Below, in pieces: positions 1 to 9,840 of a DNA stretch of 64,000 nt. This DNA comes from a virus. The stretch lies in IMG/VR virus record IMGVR_UViG_3300042881_006586; one strand, written 5' to 3'. Under the pieces are notes generated by a model, which saw nothing but the letters and a program-made list of their open reading frames with translations, was not told where the DNA came from and made no database searches. The stretch's first letter is position 1. Each line of letters begins with the position of its first letter. A program made the position numbers and the translations under genes.

Positions 1-254
1 TTTTTTAATCCTAATTTAATATAACCTTCTGTTGCAACACTCTGATAAGTTAAAAATGTTACTAATTCTTTTTTAAATTCTTCTATTCCTATCAAAATAT
101 CAATTAAATCCTTTATAAATTTAACTGTTTTATTTTTTTTAGCAATTAAAGATTCTAATTTTTTATTTTTTTTTAATTTAGGAAATCCACTATTGATACT
201 TTTTAAAGCAGCAATTTGATTTAAAACATCAAACTTTTTTTCAAATGTACCCAT
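1..254 (-). CDS. hypothetical protein, runs off the left edge (MGTFEKKFDVLNQIAAFKS...)
   Basis: ATG at 254 overlaps the TAA of the upstream gene; frame open to the window edge; not in the ORF track. Confidence 0.6.
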   Translation of the reverse strand, partial: MGTFEKKFDVLNQIAALKSINSGFPKLKKNKKLESLIAKKNKTVKFIKDLIDILIGIEEFKKELVTFLTYQSVATEGYIKLGLK

Positions 255-640
255 TATAGACTTAAATCGTAAGTATTATCTTGTTCCATGTCTTTTAAAA
301 TATTCTCACGAAGTTTAGCAATATCCTCTTGAGAAAGAGTTGGCATTTCATGCACTTCTTGTTCTTCTTTATCGCTATTGATTTTGCTTGTTCCGATTAC
401 TTTAGCATGGATTTGAATAAGTTTGATTTTTTTGTCAATAACATCATTGAGAACTTTTCGACTCTCATTGAAATATCTTGCCAATTCCAATTCATCTTGA
501 AAGTCTTCAGGTTTTGATTTTGAAGCCCTTTCACTTATTTTTTCCAAGATAGCTTTCTTTTGTTCATCGCAATCACGATAAGCTTCACGCATTGCATCAA
601 AAAGGCTGTCTACATCTAATTTTATATTTCTCTTTGCCAT
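254..640 (-). CDS. hypothetical coiled-coil protein
   Basis: 128 aa ORF preceded by the ATATTTATA motif. Confidence 0.7.
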   Translation of the reverse strand: MAKRNIKLDVDSLFDAMREAYRDCDEQKKAILEKISERASKSKPEDFQDELELARYFNESRKVLNDVIDKKIKLIQIHAKVIGTSKINSDKEEQEVHEMPTLSQEDIAKLRENILKDMEQDNTYDLSL

Positions 641-661
641 ATATATTTTTTTATATAAATA

Positions 662-1459
662 TTATGAATTCTTTTTTTTATTCAAATTTAAAGAAATATT
701 CTGAATAGGTGTATCTTCGTTGCGATGGTTTCTTTTTAAACGTTCTTCCTTTTTCTGATAGTATAAGATTCTAAATCTTTTCAAATTATCTCTAATATCT
801 TTAGTACTTAAATCAGTCATATTTCTAAGACATTCTAAAATTTGATTTTTATTATATTTTCTACCACCATCTTCAAAGAAAGATTCCCAATTTTTCATAA
901 CTTCAAGAATTGCCAATCCAACTCTTTCTTCATTTTTCTTCAGGAACTTTTCTTCCTTTGGAAGAGCTGTATTCATTGATATCAACTCTTCCAATATTTT
1001 AACAAATTCGTTGAAAAACTCTGAAGTAAAACTGTCTTCTTCATCTATCTGATATGAATATTTTTCATCTTCTTCAATGTTTACTAAAACCGCATCATAA
1101 TTTTCTCTTTTGGTAATTTCATCTTGTTCTTTGATTCTTTTACCTAAAAGTCTATGTTTTATTATTGTACCATAATAAGAATATGCTTTTGTTCCTTGTG
1201 AAGGGTCAAATTTATCTATTTTGGTATGTAAAAAACTAAGTGTATCATTTAGCAATTCCTCAAAAGTCATTTCCTTGCTATATAAATTATATCGGTTGAT
1301 GATACTCTCAACCATTTTATATAGCGGTTCTTTTAAGAATTCCTCATAAATCTTATTTTTTTCACTTTCATCAAATGAACTTAAATAAAGTAAAGTTGCT
1401 TCTTCTTGTTCTACATCAAAATATCTTTTATGTTTTCTTTTTCTACCTCTTTTGTTCAT
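662..1459 (-). CDS. phage sigma factor, T4 gp55-like late-transcription sigma
   Basis: sigma region-2-like segment KMVESIINRY...LLNDTLSFLHTKIDKFDPSQGTKAYSYYGTII. Confidence 0.7.
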   Translation of the reverse strand: MNKRGRKRKHKRYFDVEQEEATLLYLSSFDESEKNKIYEEFLKEPLYKMVESIINRYNLYSKEMTFEELLNDTLSFLHTKIDKFDPSQGTKAYSYYGTIIKHRLLGKRIKEQDEITKRENYDAVLVNIEEDEKYSYQIDEEDSFTSEFFNEFVKILEELISMNTALPKEEKFLKKNEERVGLAILEVMKNWESFFEDGGRKYNKNQILECLRNMTDLSTKDIRDNLKRFRILYYQKKEERLKRNHRNEDTPIQNISLNLNKKKNS

Positions 1460-1465
1460 GGTAAT

Positions 1466-2233
1466 TTATGGGTAAGATATTTCACGGTCATAATCAAAGA
1501 AGTATTCTTTCCTTGACATGTTGTACCAAAATTTCTTCTCCATTTCATCCATGTTTTTTTGCATATCATGAATTGAACCCGAAATACCGTTGAAATGTTT
1601 ATATGTCATCTTAGGTATTACATATACCATTTTTCCGAAATTTAACAATCTCAATAGGAATTCAAAGTCTCCGAATTTAAGAATGGATGATTTCAATTTA
1701 CCGACAGCTTCAAATGCAGATTTTTTGATTGTAAAACAATTTACATTAAAGTTATAAAAAGCTTTTTCTTTTGTTTTAGCTAAATCAAAATAACCGAATT
1801 TTTCCATAGTTCCTGCAGACCATACTGTTTCATTTGAAAAGCCAATAGGCTTATCTTCAAAATCTACTTCATATACTAAAGGAATAAAACAATCTATATT
1901 GGTATAAGCACTGATATACTTATTAATATTTTGAACATGATTCGGGAAAATCACATCATCAAATTGAACTACTGATAAATATTCAGTTTCGATTTTAGAT
2001 GCAGCAAAATTCACTTGAGAGGCAAAATCAGTTTTTCCACTGTCATTAACTATTTGTTGATAGTCAAAATCTTTCAACAAAGACTCAAGTTCCTTATTAA
2101 ATTTAGGGGCTACAACAGCCACTTTAAAATTTTTATCGTTTTGGTTTTTGATGGATTCTAAACATCCAATAAAATATTCCTTATTAGCTTTAGTGATTTC
2201 AAAAACAGGTATAATTAAAGTTGTATTATTCAT
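1466..2233 (-). CDS. GT2-family glycosyltransferase
   Basis: LIIPVF...CLESIKNQ, VNFAA, QFDD (DxD-like), GDFEFLLR. Confidence 0.8.
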   Translation of the reverse strand: MNNTTLIIPVFEITKANKEYFIGCLESIKNQNDKNFKVAVVAPKFNKELESLLKDFDYQQIVNDSGKTDFASQVNFAASKIETEYLSVVQFDDVIFPNHVQNINKYISAYTNIDCFIPLVYEVDFEDKPIGFSNETVWSAGTMEKFGYFDLAKTKEKAFYNFNVNCFTIKKSAFEAVGKLKSSILKFGDFEFLLRLLNFGKMVYVIPKMTYKHFNGISGSIHDMQKNMDEMEKKFWYNMSRKEYFFDYDREISYP

Positions 2234-3281
2234 TGATTGTTGATTTTATTTCTTCTAATTTTTGGATTCTATTTTTCAAAAGAGTTTCAAATGTTTCAAC
2301 TGTAGCTTTTACAAAATTTTCTTTTGAATATTTTGCTGCAGTTTGTGCCATAATGTCATAGGCTTTGTTATCCAAAGTATCTACAAACCACTCATCCATA
2401 TATTGAGCAATATAATCAACCATTGTTGTATAATTCGATACCCAAATACCATTATCTGTTTCAGCATTAATCCATTCAGGAATCATATCAGGAACTTTAC
2501 CGATAACAGGCACACCTGATTTCATACATTCAAGAGGGAATGTTCCAAAAGAAGAAATCTCATCTACCCAAATAGCCAAACAACATTCTCTCAAATTGCT
2601 TGCAAATTCACTTCTATCCATATTAGAGGTTACTACAAATGGAATCCAAGAATACTGAGGATAAGTCAAATAAAATTCTTTTTGAATCTTTTCTCCTCTT
2701 GATTTATCTCTTGTGAATAAGAAGATTTTAGGATTTTGTGGTTTATCACTTGGTTTGAAATCATCATGAATATAAGGATTGATTACACTTATATCCATAT
2801 TTCTCATGAACCTTTCAATACGTTCTTTTTGGACTTCTGAAGTGGTAATTACAGTATTGATACCAAATTGTGACCATCTGATACCTGCATTCAGATTATA
2901 GAAGATTAAATCCTGTACCTGAGAAATAACCACAACTTCCCAAGGGAGTTTAATATTGTTCTCACGCATATCAGCATAGAATGATTGAACCCATGCTTCA
3001 GGTAAGAATAAAAAGTCAGATGGTTTTACAAGGATTTTCTCAAAAGGAGTATGAGGTAATTTATCATAGTTATTACCCATCCACATTGGGGTCATATATT
3101 CCTTATCGTGGAGAATATAGGCATTGTAGCCCTTTTCTCTGAGAACTGCTACCATATCATAGATATAGGCAACAGCACCGCTTGTATTACCTTTAGTGTT
3201 GGGCACATAAAAATAATATGAACCTTGATTTTCTTTCAGTTGATTTATAAAATCTTCAAAAGTTAATTTTTGATTTTCCAT
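2226..3281 (-). CDS. GT-B (GT4-like) glycosyltransferase
   Basis: SGAVAYIY, FLPEAW, SSFGTFPLECMKSGVPVIG. Confidence 0.75.
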   Translation of the reverse strand: MENQKLTFEDFINQLKENQGSYYFYVPNTKGNTSGAVAYIYDMVAVLREKGYNAYILHDKEYMTPMWMGNNYDKLPHTPFEKILVKPSDFLFLPEAWVQSFYADMRENNIKLPWEVVVISQVQDLIFYNLNAGIRWSQFGINTVITTSEVQKERIERFMRNMDISVINPYIHDDFKPSDKPQNPKIFLFTRDKSRGEKIQKEFYLTYPQYSWIPFVVTSNMDRSEFASNLRECCLAIWVDEISSFGTFPLECMKSGVPVIGKVPDMIPEWINAETDNGIWVSNYTTMVDYIAQYMDEWFVDTLDNKAYDIMAQTAAKYSKENFVKATVETFETLLKNRIQKLEEIKSTINE

Positions 3282-3361
3282 TTATTTATTTAAATTTTGT
3301 GTTGATTTTTTTGGTTCTTTAGAAATTTTTGCTTTCTTAGGGGTATTTGCAGGTTCGTTTT

Positions 3362-4174
3362 TCATCGCAAATTAGCTTTAAAGTGATTGTAAATTTCTTT
3401 TAAAGATTCAAAAGAAAATATTTTAGTTCCTTCGATATCTTTGTTTTGTTCAGTAATAACTTTCAAACAAACTTTATTATCAGGTTTTGTCTTTATAATA
3501 TATGGGTCTGCTGTAATAATTAAATCATAAAGCTCCCATATCTTAGAATAATCATAAAGAAATTTAATATTATTTCCTTTGAATTGATTTTGTGCAAGGA
3601 AAAGTAGTGTAGCTGATTTGCTATTTTCTCTTTCTTGGCTTACAATTGTGATTGTATTATTATTTCTTGATAGGAAGTTATATAGAAGGTCTAAATCCAA
3701 CATGACTTGAGGATAAGTCAATGGAGTTCTTGAGAAAATTTCAAATGATTGCTCATGGTATAGGAAATTTTCAAAATCTTCTTCATTTTGGAACATATGA
3801 AGCTTAGAAATATTCATAGGGTCATTTGATTCCTTTATATCAATTAAAGACCTTTCTACATTTAAATCAAGTTCTGTTGTAACAAAATTTTCTGAAGTAT
3901 TGAGACTATTTTCAGTTAAATCATAAACTTTAAGAGGAGTTAATTCTATTTCTGCTTTTTCTTCAAGAGAAACAAGTGTTTCTTCGTTTACAGCGTCAAT
4001 ATTGATAATTTCTTTTTTCCTTTTAGAAAGTTCCTCTTGGTCAGCCCCACTGAGTTCATCATAAAATTCTTTTGAAACTGTTTGATTGATTTCTCTTACA
4101 TACATTTCGTATGCATCTTCCACTGTATTATAATGGCTTCTAACAACTTCATTTAGAGTAATACCTATTCTCAT
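3362..4174 (-). CDS. HAD-fold 5'-nucleotidase-like protein with degenerate DxD
   Basis: MRIGITLNEVVR start and DLIITADP end resemble phage 5'(3')-deoxyribonucleotidases. Confidence 0.45.
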   Translation of the reverse strand: MRIGITLNEVVRSHYNTVEDAYEMYVREINQTVSKEFYDELSGADQEELSKRKKEIINIDAVNEETLVSLEEKAEIELTPLKVYDLTENSLNTSENFVTTELDLNVERSLIDIKESNDPMNISKLHMFQNEEDFENFLYHEQSFEIFSRTPLTYPQVMLDLDLLYNFLSRNNNTITIVSQERENSKSATLLFLAQNQFKGNNIKFLYDYSKIWELYDLIITADPYIIKTKPDNKVCLKVITEQNKDIEGTKIFSFESLKEIYNHFKANLR

Positions 4175-4221
4175 TATTAGTTTTATTAATAATATAGTTG
4201 AGAATGATAAAAAATAAAAAA

Positions 4222-4251
4222 GCGAAAAATACTGTGTTTTGTATTTTTCGC
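4222..4251 (-). terminator. intrinsic terminator hairpin
   Basis: GCGAAAAATAC...GTATTTTTCGC inverted repeat with adjacent A-run. Confidence 0.6.
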
Positions 4252-4285
4252 AATGTATTAAGTTATTATTAGGATATTTAAAAAA

Positions 4286-4834
4286 TTATTTTTCATGAAG
4301 CCAACATACTTCACTAAAGGAAAGATTTTTACCTTTAAAAAATTCATCTACAGCTTTTTCTACGCCAACATGCCCATTTCCGTAATCGTGTCCTGCAATA
4401 ATCCCCCCCTTTTTTAATTTTGGATACCAAGATTTTATATCTGAAATTACATTATTATAATCATGTGCAGCATCTATAAAAATAAAATCTAAAGTTTCAT
4501 TTTTATATAATTTACATGCTTCTATTGACTTCATTCTAATAGGATTAATAATATTTTTTACAGGTTCTATATTATTTAAAAATGTTTCCCATAATTGATA
4601 AGGTCTTTTGGGATGAGATTCTTCTTTTTTTACTTCCAACCAATCATCAACACAATCAAATTTTATATTTTTCTCAGAATTTATGATTTCTACTGCCATA
4701 AACGCAGCACTTCTTCCTTTCCAAGTACCTACTTCTACAAAATGACTTCCTGATGGGAATTTTTCAACCATATTTTTATATAAATTGGGATATGTAAACC
4801 AATTTTCTCCTAAATTTTGATAAAAGTGTTTCAT
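4286..4834 (-). CDS. class I SAM methyltransferase (Methyltransf_24-like)
   Basis: VEVGTWKGRS, DFIFIDAAHDY, LKKGGIIAGHDY. Confidence 0.85.
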   Translation of the reverse strand: MKHFYQNLGENWFTYPNLYKNMVEKFPSGSHFVEVGTWKGRSAAFMAVEIINSEKNIKFDCVDDWLEVKKEESHPKRPYQLWETFLNNIEPVKNIINPIRMKSIEACKLYKNETLDFIFIDAAHDYNNVISDIKSWYPKLKKGGIIAGHDYGNGHVGVEKAVDEFFKGKNLSFSEVCWLHEK

Positions 4835-4855
4835 TAATATTTTTTTTATTTAAGT

Positions 4856-5482
4856 TTATTTATGTTTTATGTGATATGTCGGTGTTGAATTAAATTTGCC
4901 TACTATTTTATATGGTATTTTTGCTAATATGTTTTTTATTTCAAAATCGTTTGCTTCTATAACTATATCACATTTTGTTTTTAGAATCGTTGGAATAAAA
5001 CTATTAAAAACAGTATTAGACATTTTTTCGCAATCTATTTTTAATAATTTTAAATCATGAGTATCTAAATTTTCAGGAGTAATAGATTCAATTCCTTCAT
5101 TAGATTCAATCATATCACACATCCCCATATTTTCAGGAATTATATCATATTTATATTTTTTTAATTTATCACTTAATACTTTATTAAGAGGTGTTACATT
5201 TTTTAAATTATTTTCATTTATGTTTTCAATTAATAATTTAAAATTTTCAGATACAGGTTCAATTGCTATAACTCTATCTGCACAAAACATCGAAAAAAAA
5301 CATGTATGGTTTCCTACATTTGCTCCAACATCAATGAATAATCCTCCTTTAATATTATCTTTTATATGGTTTAACAACCTCTGTTCATAAAAAACTTTAT
5401 CTTTATTGATACATTTACCTATATGGTCATTATGATGATTAATTATTACAGATTTATTATTATAACTAAAAATTGTTTTCAT
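4856..5482 (-). CDS. FkbM-family methyltransferase
   Basis: IDVGANVGNH, IAIEP, LLKIDCE. Confidence 0.85.
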   Translation of the reverse strand: MKTIFSYNNKSVIINHHNDHIGKCINKDKVFYEQRLLNHIKDNIKGGLFIDVGANVGNHTCFFSMFCADRVIAIEPVSENFKLLIENINENNLKNVTPLNKVLSDKLKKYKYDIIPENMGMCDMIESNEGIESITPENLDTHDLKLLKIDCEKMSNTVFNSFIPTILKTKCDIVIEANDFEIKNILAKIPYKIVGKFNSTPTYHIKHK

Positions 5483-5493
5483 TATTATTTTTT

Positions 5494-6180
5494 TTAATAT
5501 GTTTTATCTAAATTCCATTTTTGTTTTTCTACTAAGTATTTTAAAAAGTCTGACTTTTTATTTATCAATCCTCTAAATTGGTCTTTTCCATCATCTACAA
5601 GTGTTAATGGAACATCTATAGATTGTAATTTCCAATGTAGCTTATGTTGAGCATAAAAAGATATCCATAAATCTTCAATAAATAAATATTCTTCAGGAAA
5701 ATTAAATAAATCATCGAATTTAAATATTTCTGAATCGAGAACCATTCCACATGTACCGCAATAATTAATATTAGTATTGTTTGGCATTATTTTTCTTCTA
5801 TTCCAATAATCAGTTTTACTTACTATTTTATAACAGTGTCTTGATTTAATAGTGTGAGGTTCATAATTTTTTACCATAATTTCCACAAAATTTTCTTGAG
5901 GGAATTGGTCATCATCAAAAAATATTACAGTTTTATATTCATTTTGATATTTTTTTGCTGCATAAAATCTTCCGATACCACCAATATTTTTTTCAGATTT
6001 AATTACATCAATATCTAATTTATATTTAGATATAATATTCTCAACTTCTTTTTTTTGTTCACTGTTATCCCATATTACTAATTTAAAATTTTTATAAGTT
6101 TGATTTGATAAACATGTTAATATTTTGTCTAAATTATTAACTCTTTTCCAAATACACATTATTATTACTACCTTTTCCAT
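5494..6180 (-). CDS. GT-A (GT2-like) glycosyltransferase
   Basis: LSNQTY, IWDN, FFDDD, EDLWIS. Confidence 0.8.
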   Translation of the reverse strand: MEKVVIIMCIWKRVNNLDKILTCLSNQTYKNFKLVIWDNSEQKKEVENIISKYKLDIDVIKSEKNIGGIGRFYAAKKYQNEYKTVIFFDDDQFPQENFVEIMVKNYEPHTIKSRHCYKIVSKTDYWNRRKIMPNNTNINYCGTCGMVLDSEIFKFDDLFNFPEEYLFIEDLWISFYAQHKLHWKLQSIDVPLTLVDDGKDQFRGLINKKSDFLKYLVEKQKWNLDKTY

Positions 6181-7778
6181 TATTTTTTTAAATTTATAGT
6201 TTTTAAATGTTGTTTTTTTCTTAATTCAGTGTTCATTATTGAATCTTTATATCCTAAATGATTTACGTATGATTCTAATGGTGTATGAGTTTTAAAATTA
6301 TATTTATTTAACCTTCTACTTACTTGTTCCCATACGCCACTTCCTAAAAATTCATTTTTATGCCATCTACTTTTAGGAATTTCTTTCATATAATATCCTA
6401 TTTTATCAAAAACTATTTTAGGGTAGGCAGTTCCTCCATCAACCCAATCTTTCAACCCCCATCTTGGTTGAGATTCCATTTTTTCATTTAAATAATTTTG
6501 ATTTACTGCTAATTTAAAAATAGTTTCATCTGAATGTTGTTTTAAATTACCCATTAATGAATTTAAAAAATCATCTATGGGGTCATGGTCATCATCTAAT
6601 TGTAATAGATATTGATAATTATATCTTTTAACTTCTTGTAATAATTTATTAATACTTTCCCAATATTTTTTTTTGCCATTATTTTGAGGATTATGCAAAA
6701 TTTTTATATTTTCAAATTCTGAAAATAGTAATTTAAAATTTTCAATATCATTTCCATCGTTCAAAAGAATTATTTTAAAAGTATATTCTGTATCTTGTGA
6801 ATATATTTTTTGTATGATTGTTTTAATCATTTCATTTCTTTTATATGTTGAAAATGTTATAATAAAGTCATGGTATTCTTTTTTATTATTTATATCATTA
6901 TTAGATTGGTCATTTGAAACATTAAACTTCTTTTTAAAAATATCAATTGCACTACCGTGTTCATTATTATTATATACTTTATTACCCATAAGATTACTTT
7001 GAACTGTACTAATATCTTTTTTCATTCCCAATCCTGCACCACCTAAGCTTATCAAAACTTCTCTTATAACTCTTTTCTCCCCTGTTTTAGCATAGGCTTT
7101 TTGAATGAATCTAAAATCTCCACATTTCCACCCATCCCAACGAATTGTTTTAGCAATACCTGAATGAACCATAAAACATGGCGCACCAATTCTTGCTAAT
7201 CTTGGAGGAGTTCCTAATTCTTGAATTGAAGGTAATACTTGACCGTTAGGATATTTCATTTGCCAAAGAATCAAATCGGTTGTATTTTTGATAGCATTAA
7301 CCATCTTTTGAACAGTATTGTTATCTGCAAGATAATCATCATCATCTAAAAATAGAACCCATCCTTCTTTGACCTCATTTATTAAATGATTTAAATATAA
7401 ATTATAAATGAAACGATTTCCTGTCTTAGGGTCAGGAATATCATTTTCTTTGGAAATTGCTTCTTTGTCCATAAAGAAGTAATCAACATTGTGGCTTTTT
7501 ACATATCCTTCATCATTTAAATTATCAATAGAAACAATATGTCTTATATTTTTATAAGTTTGATTTTCTATAGACTCTCTACATCTTTTGAAGCCATTAG
7601 GTCTATTTGAAGTTCTTGTAAGAATGTTAATAAGTGGAGTTGGGGACTCAATTCTTTCAGTAACTACAACAGTTTTCTGAATAGTAATTTTAGGACTTCC
7701 TTTTTTGATAATTTCAGTAGTTGTCACTTGAGTTCCTTTATTACCTATTCTTGTGGCAAGTTTTTTTATATGCCTCAT
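6180..7778 (-). CDS. two-domain GT2-like glycosyltransferase
   Basis: N domain INILTRTSNR...FLDDDD...GDFRF; C domain ITFSTYKR...LNDG...QLDDD. Confidence 0.8.
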   Translation of the reverse strand: MRHIKKLATRIGNKGTQVTTTEIIKKGSPKITIQKTVVVTERIESPTPLINILTRTSNRPNGFKRCRESIENQTYKNIRHIVSIDNLNDEGYVKSHNVDYFFMDKEAISKENDIPDPKTGNRFIYNLYLNHLINEVKEGWVLFLDDDDYLADNNTVQKMVNAIKNTTDLILWQMKYPNGQVLPSIQELGTPPRLARIGAPCFMVHSGIAKTIRWDGWKCGDFRFIQKAYAKTGEKRVIREVLISLGGAGLGMKKDISTVQSNLMGNKVYNNNEHGSAIDIFKKKFNVSNDQSNNDINNKKEYHDFIITFSTYKRNEMIKTIIQKIYSQDTEYTFKIILLNDGNDIENFKLLFSEFENIKILHNPQNNGKKKYWESINKLLQEVKRYNYQYLLQLDDDHDPIDDFLNSLMGNLKQHSDETIFKLAVNQNYLNEKMESQPRWGLKDWVDGGTAYPKIVFDKIGYYMKEIPKSRWHKNEFLGSGVWEQVSRRLNKYNFKTHTPLESYVNHLGYKDSIMNTELRKKQHLKTINLKK

Positions 7779-7780
7779 AT

Positions 7781-9274
7781 TTAAACAAAAGTTATATAAT
7801 TTTTCAGTTTAGCGTAATTCTTGGTGAATTTAGGTAAAACATGTTCCACCATATCTTTTTTCTCATTTTCAACCTTATCAGGATTTTTCACCCTTGTAAT
7901 CGATTCATAATGATAACATACTGCTTCACCTAAATAAATATTTTTATAATTTCGAATAATGCAATCAAGATTCAATAGCACATCTTCAAAACATTCTTTT
8001 GTACCTTCATTAAATCCACCAATACCATCAAATAAAACTTTTTTAATCATCAAAAATGCACCTGTAGAACCCAACACATCAGACTTTTTGTTAAATGCTA
8101 CATTATAATAGGTTCTTATCCCTTTATGAGATAATCCAATTTGATTTTCTTTATTTTGATAAATTAAAATTCCTCCATGCTGAATTCTATTATTTCCATA
8201 ATACAATCTGCAGCCAATAGTGCCAATACCTTTTTTATTATTCAAATATTCTTCAACCATCAATGAAATTGCATCATTTACCATTTCAATATCGTCATTA
8301 CAGAATAGTAAAAGTTCAGTCTTCTTATCTATATGGTTTTTGACTACATCATTGTTTATTTTGGCAAAATTATAATAATCATATTTTATCAAAACAAACC
8401 TCTCATCAGAACCAATATAATCTTCAATTGAAGAAATTGTTGTTTCATTTGAACCTGTGTCTGCAATATAGATTTTATAGTTAGTATAAGCTGTTTTTTT
8501 CAAACTATCTAAGCATTTGCTAAGGTATTCAAAATTGTCTTTAGAAGGGATTATTATTGCTAAAGAAGGGGATTGTTTTATCTTGATTTCACGATAATTT
8601 ACAAATGGAGTTGGAATTACTGATGCAGGCAAAAATTCTTTATAATTTTCTGCAAAAACAAGTCTATTCTGATTCCATTCTTCACTTATCATTCCTACAG
8701 AATCATGTTTGATTTTTACATCTGTTATAACTCCAATTTTCACCCCTTGAAGATGATTTCTCAAACAGAAAGGAATATCATAAAAATGAAATCCTTTGAA
8801 AGTTTCATCAAAGTCTGCCTTTATTCTTTCCTTATGGATTCCTATGAATAATCCATCTACACAAACAGTTTGACAAATTTCATTTGGAACAAGCTGACTA
8901 TATTTTGATTCATACCATTTGCCTTCTTTTGACTTGTGTTGAACGATTCCTACCATCATGGTATTATTTCTCCACCACATTCCTGTATTGTCTAAATCTG
9001 TAGTCCCTGCAAAGCCTAAGATACCATAATCTGATTTTTGGAAATAATCATAGATTCTTTTATCCCAACCTTTTTCAAGATGAACATCGTCATGAACGCA
9101 AACTAATATTTCGTATTTAGATTCTTTTAAAGCAATATTATATGCTTCCGCAAGAGAATGAGTTTTTTTATTGACAAAATGAATTATTTCAACATCATTT
9201 AAAACACAAGTTTGCTTTAGATAATCTGAGTGTTCTTTTGAATCTTTTTTAGTGGAATAGAATATTGAAATCAT
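7781..9274 (-). CDS. two-domain glycosyltransferase (GT2_5-like + GT2)
   Basis: VCVHDD, VDGLF, FHFYD; IIIPSKD, ADTGS, CNDD, TGAFLM, EDV. Confidence 0.85.
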   Translation of the reverse strand: MISIFYSTKKDSKEHSDYLKQTCVLNDVEIIHFVNKKTHSLAEAYNIALKESKYEILVCVHDDVHLEKGWDKRIYDYFQKSDYGILGFAGTTDLDNTGMWWRNNTMMVGIVQHKSKEGKWYESKYSQLVPNEICQTVCVDGLFIGIHKERIKADFDETFKGFHFYDIPFCLRNHLQGVKIGVITDVKIKHDSVGMISEEWNQNRLVFAENYKEFLPASVIPTPFVNYREIKIKQSPSLAIIIPSKDNFEYLSKCLDSLKKTAYTNYKIYIADTGSNETTISSIEDYIGSDERFVLIKYDYYNFAKINNDVVKNHIDKKTELLLFCNDDIEMVNDAISLMVEEYLNNKKGIGTIGCRLYYGNNRIQHGGILIYQNKENQIGLSHKGIRTYYNVAFNKKSDVLGSTGAFLMIKKVLFDGIGGFNEGTKECFEDVLLNLDCIIRNYKNIYLGEAVCYHYESITRVKNPDKVENEKKDMVEHVLPKFTKNYAKLKNYITFV

Positions 9275-9311
9275 CTTTTTTTGTTAATATAAGGATTTTA
9301 TTGAAATAATA

Positions 9312-9336
9312 AAACCGTGATTGTGTGTCACGGTTT
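9312..9336 (-). terminator. hairpin, probable terminator
   Basis: AAACCGTGA-7nt-TCACGGTTT. Confidence 0.5.
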
Positions 9337-9840
9337 CAATTTTGATTTTATAATTTTGACATACTTTAGCAAAATATCATGACATATTCTATCTTCATTT
9401 TTCAAGTCATACTCTTTTTCATAATATTGGACAAGGGGGCTGACATCAAGTCTTAATAACCACCAATCGATAACTGTACGACCTACTGAATGATGTAAAT
9501 CAATTGCTATTGAAAAATCATCTATTTGTAAAACATTCTCAAGATTTTTTAATTTCTCAGGAGTTAGAGTTACAAGATAATCTAAAGCTTCATTAAGACT
9601 GTTTGGTATTAAATTTAAATAATAATCTAAATATTTTTTCAAAATCCCACAATTTTCATACATTTCCAACTTTTCATAAAAAGATATTGATTCTTTCAAA
9701 ATAAAATAATATTCTTCAAATGATTCTGTGATGAACATATATGATTTATGTTCCTTTGCTGCATTTAAGATATAATCGAAAAATTGTACTTCTTTCTTAT
9801 CTAAATTTAAACTGTTAAAAACATCCCCACTGATTTCCAT
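9328..9840 (-). CDS. hypothetical protein
   Basis: 170 aa ORF abutting the upstream gene. Confidence 0.65.
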   Translation of the reverse strand: MEISGDVFNSLNLDKKEVQFFDYILNAAKEHKSYMFITESFEEYYFILKESISFYEKLEMYENCGILKKYLDYYLNLIPNSLNEALDYLVTLTPEKLKNLENVLQIDDFSIAIDLHHSVGRTVIDWWLLRLDVSPLVQYYEKEYDLKNEDRICHDILLKYVKIIKSKLKP

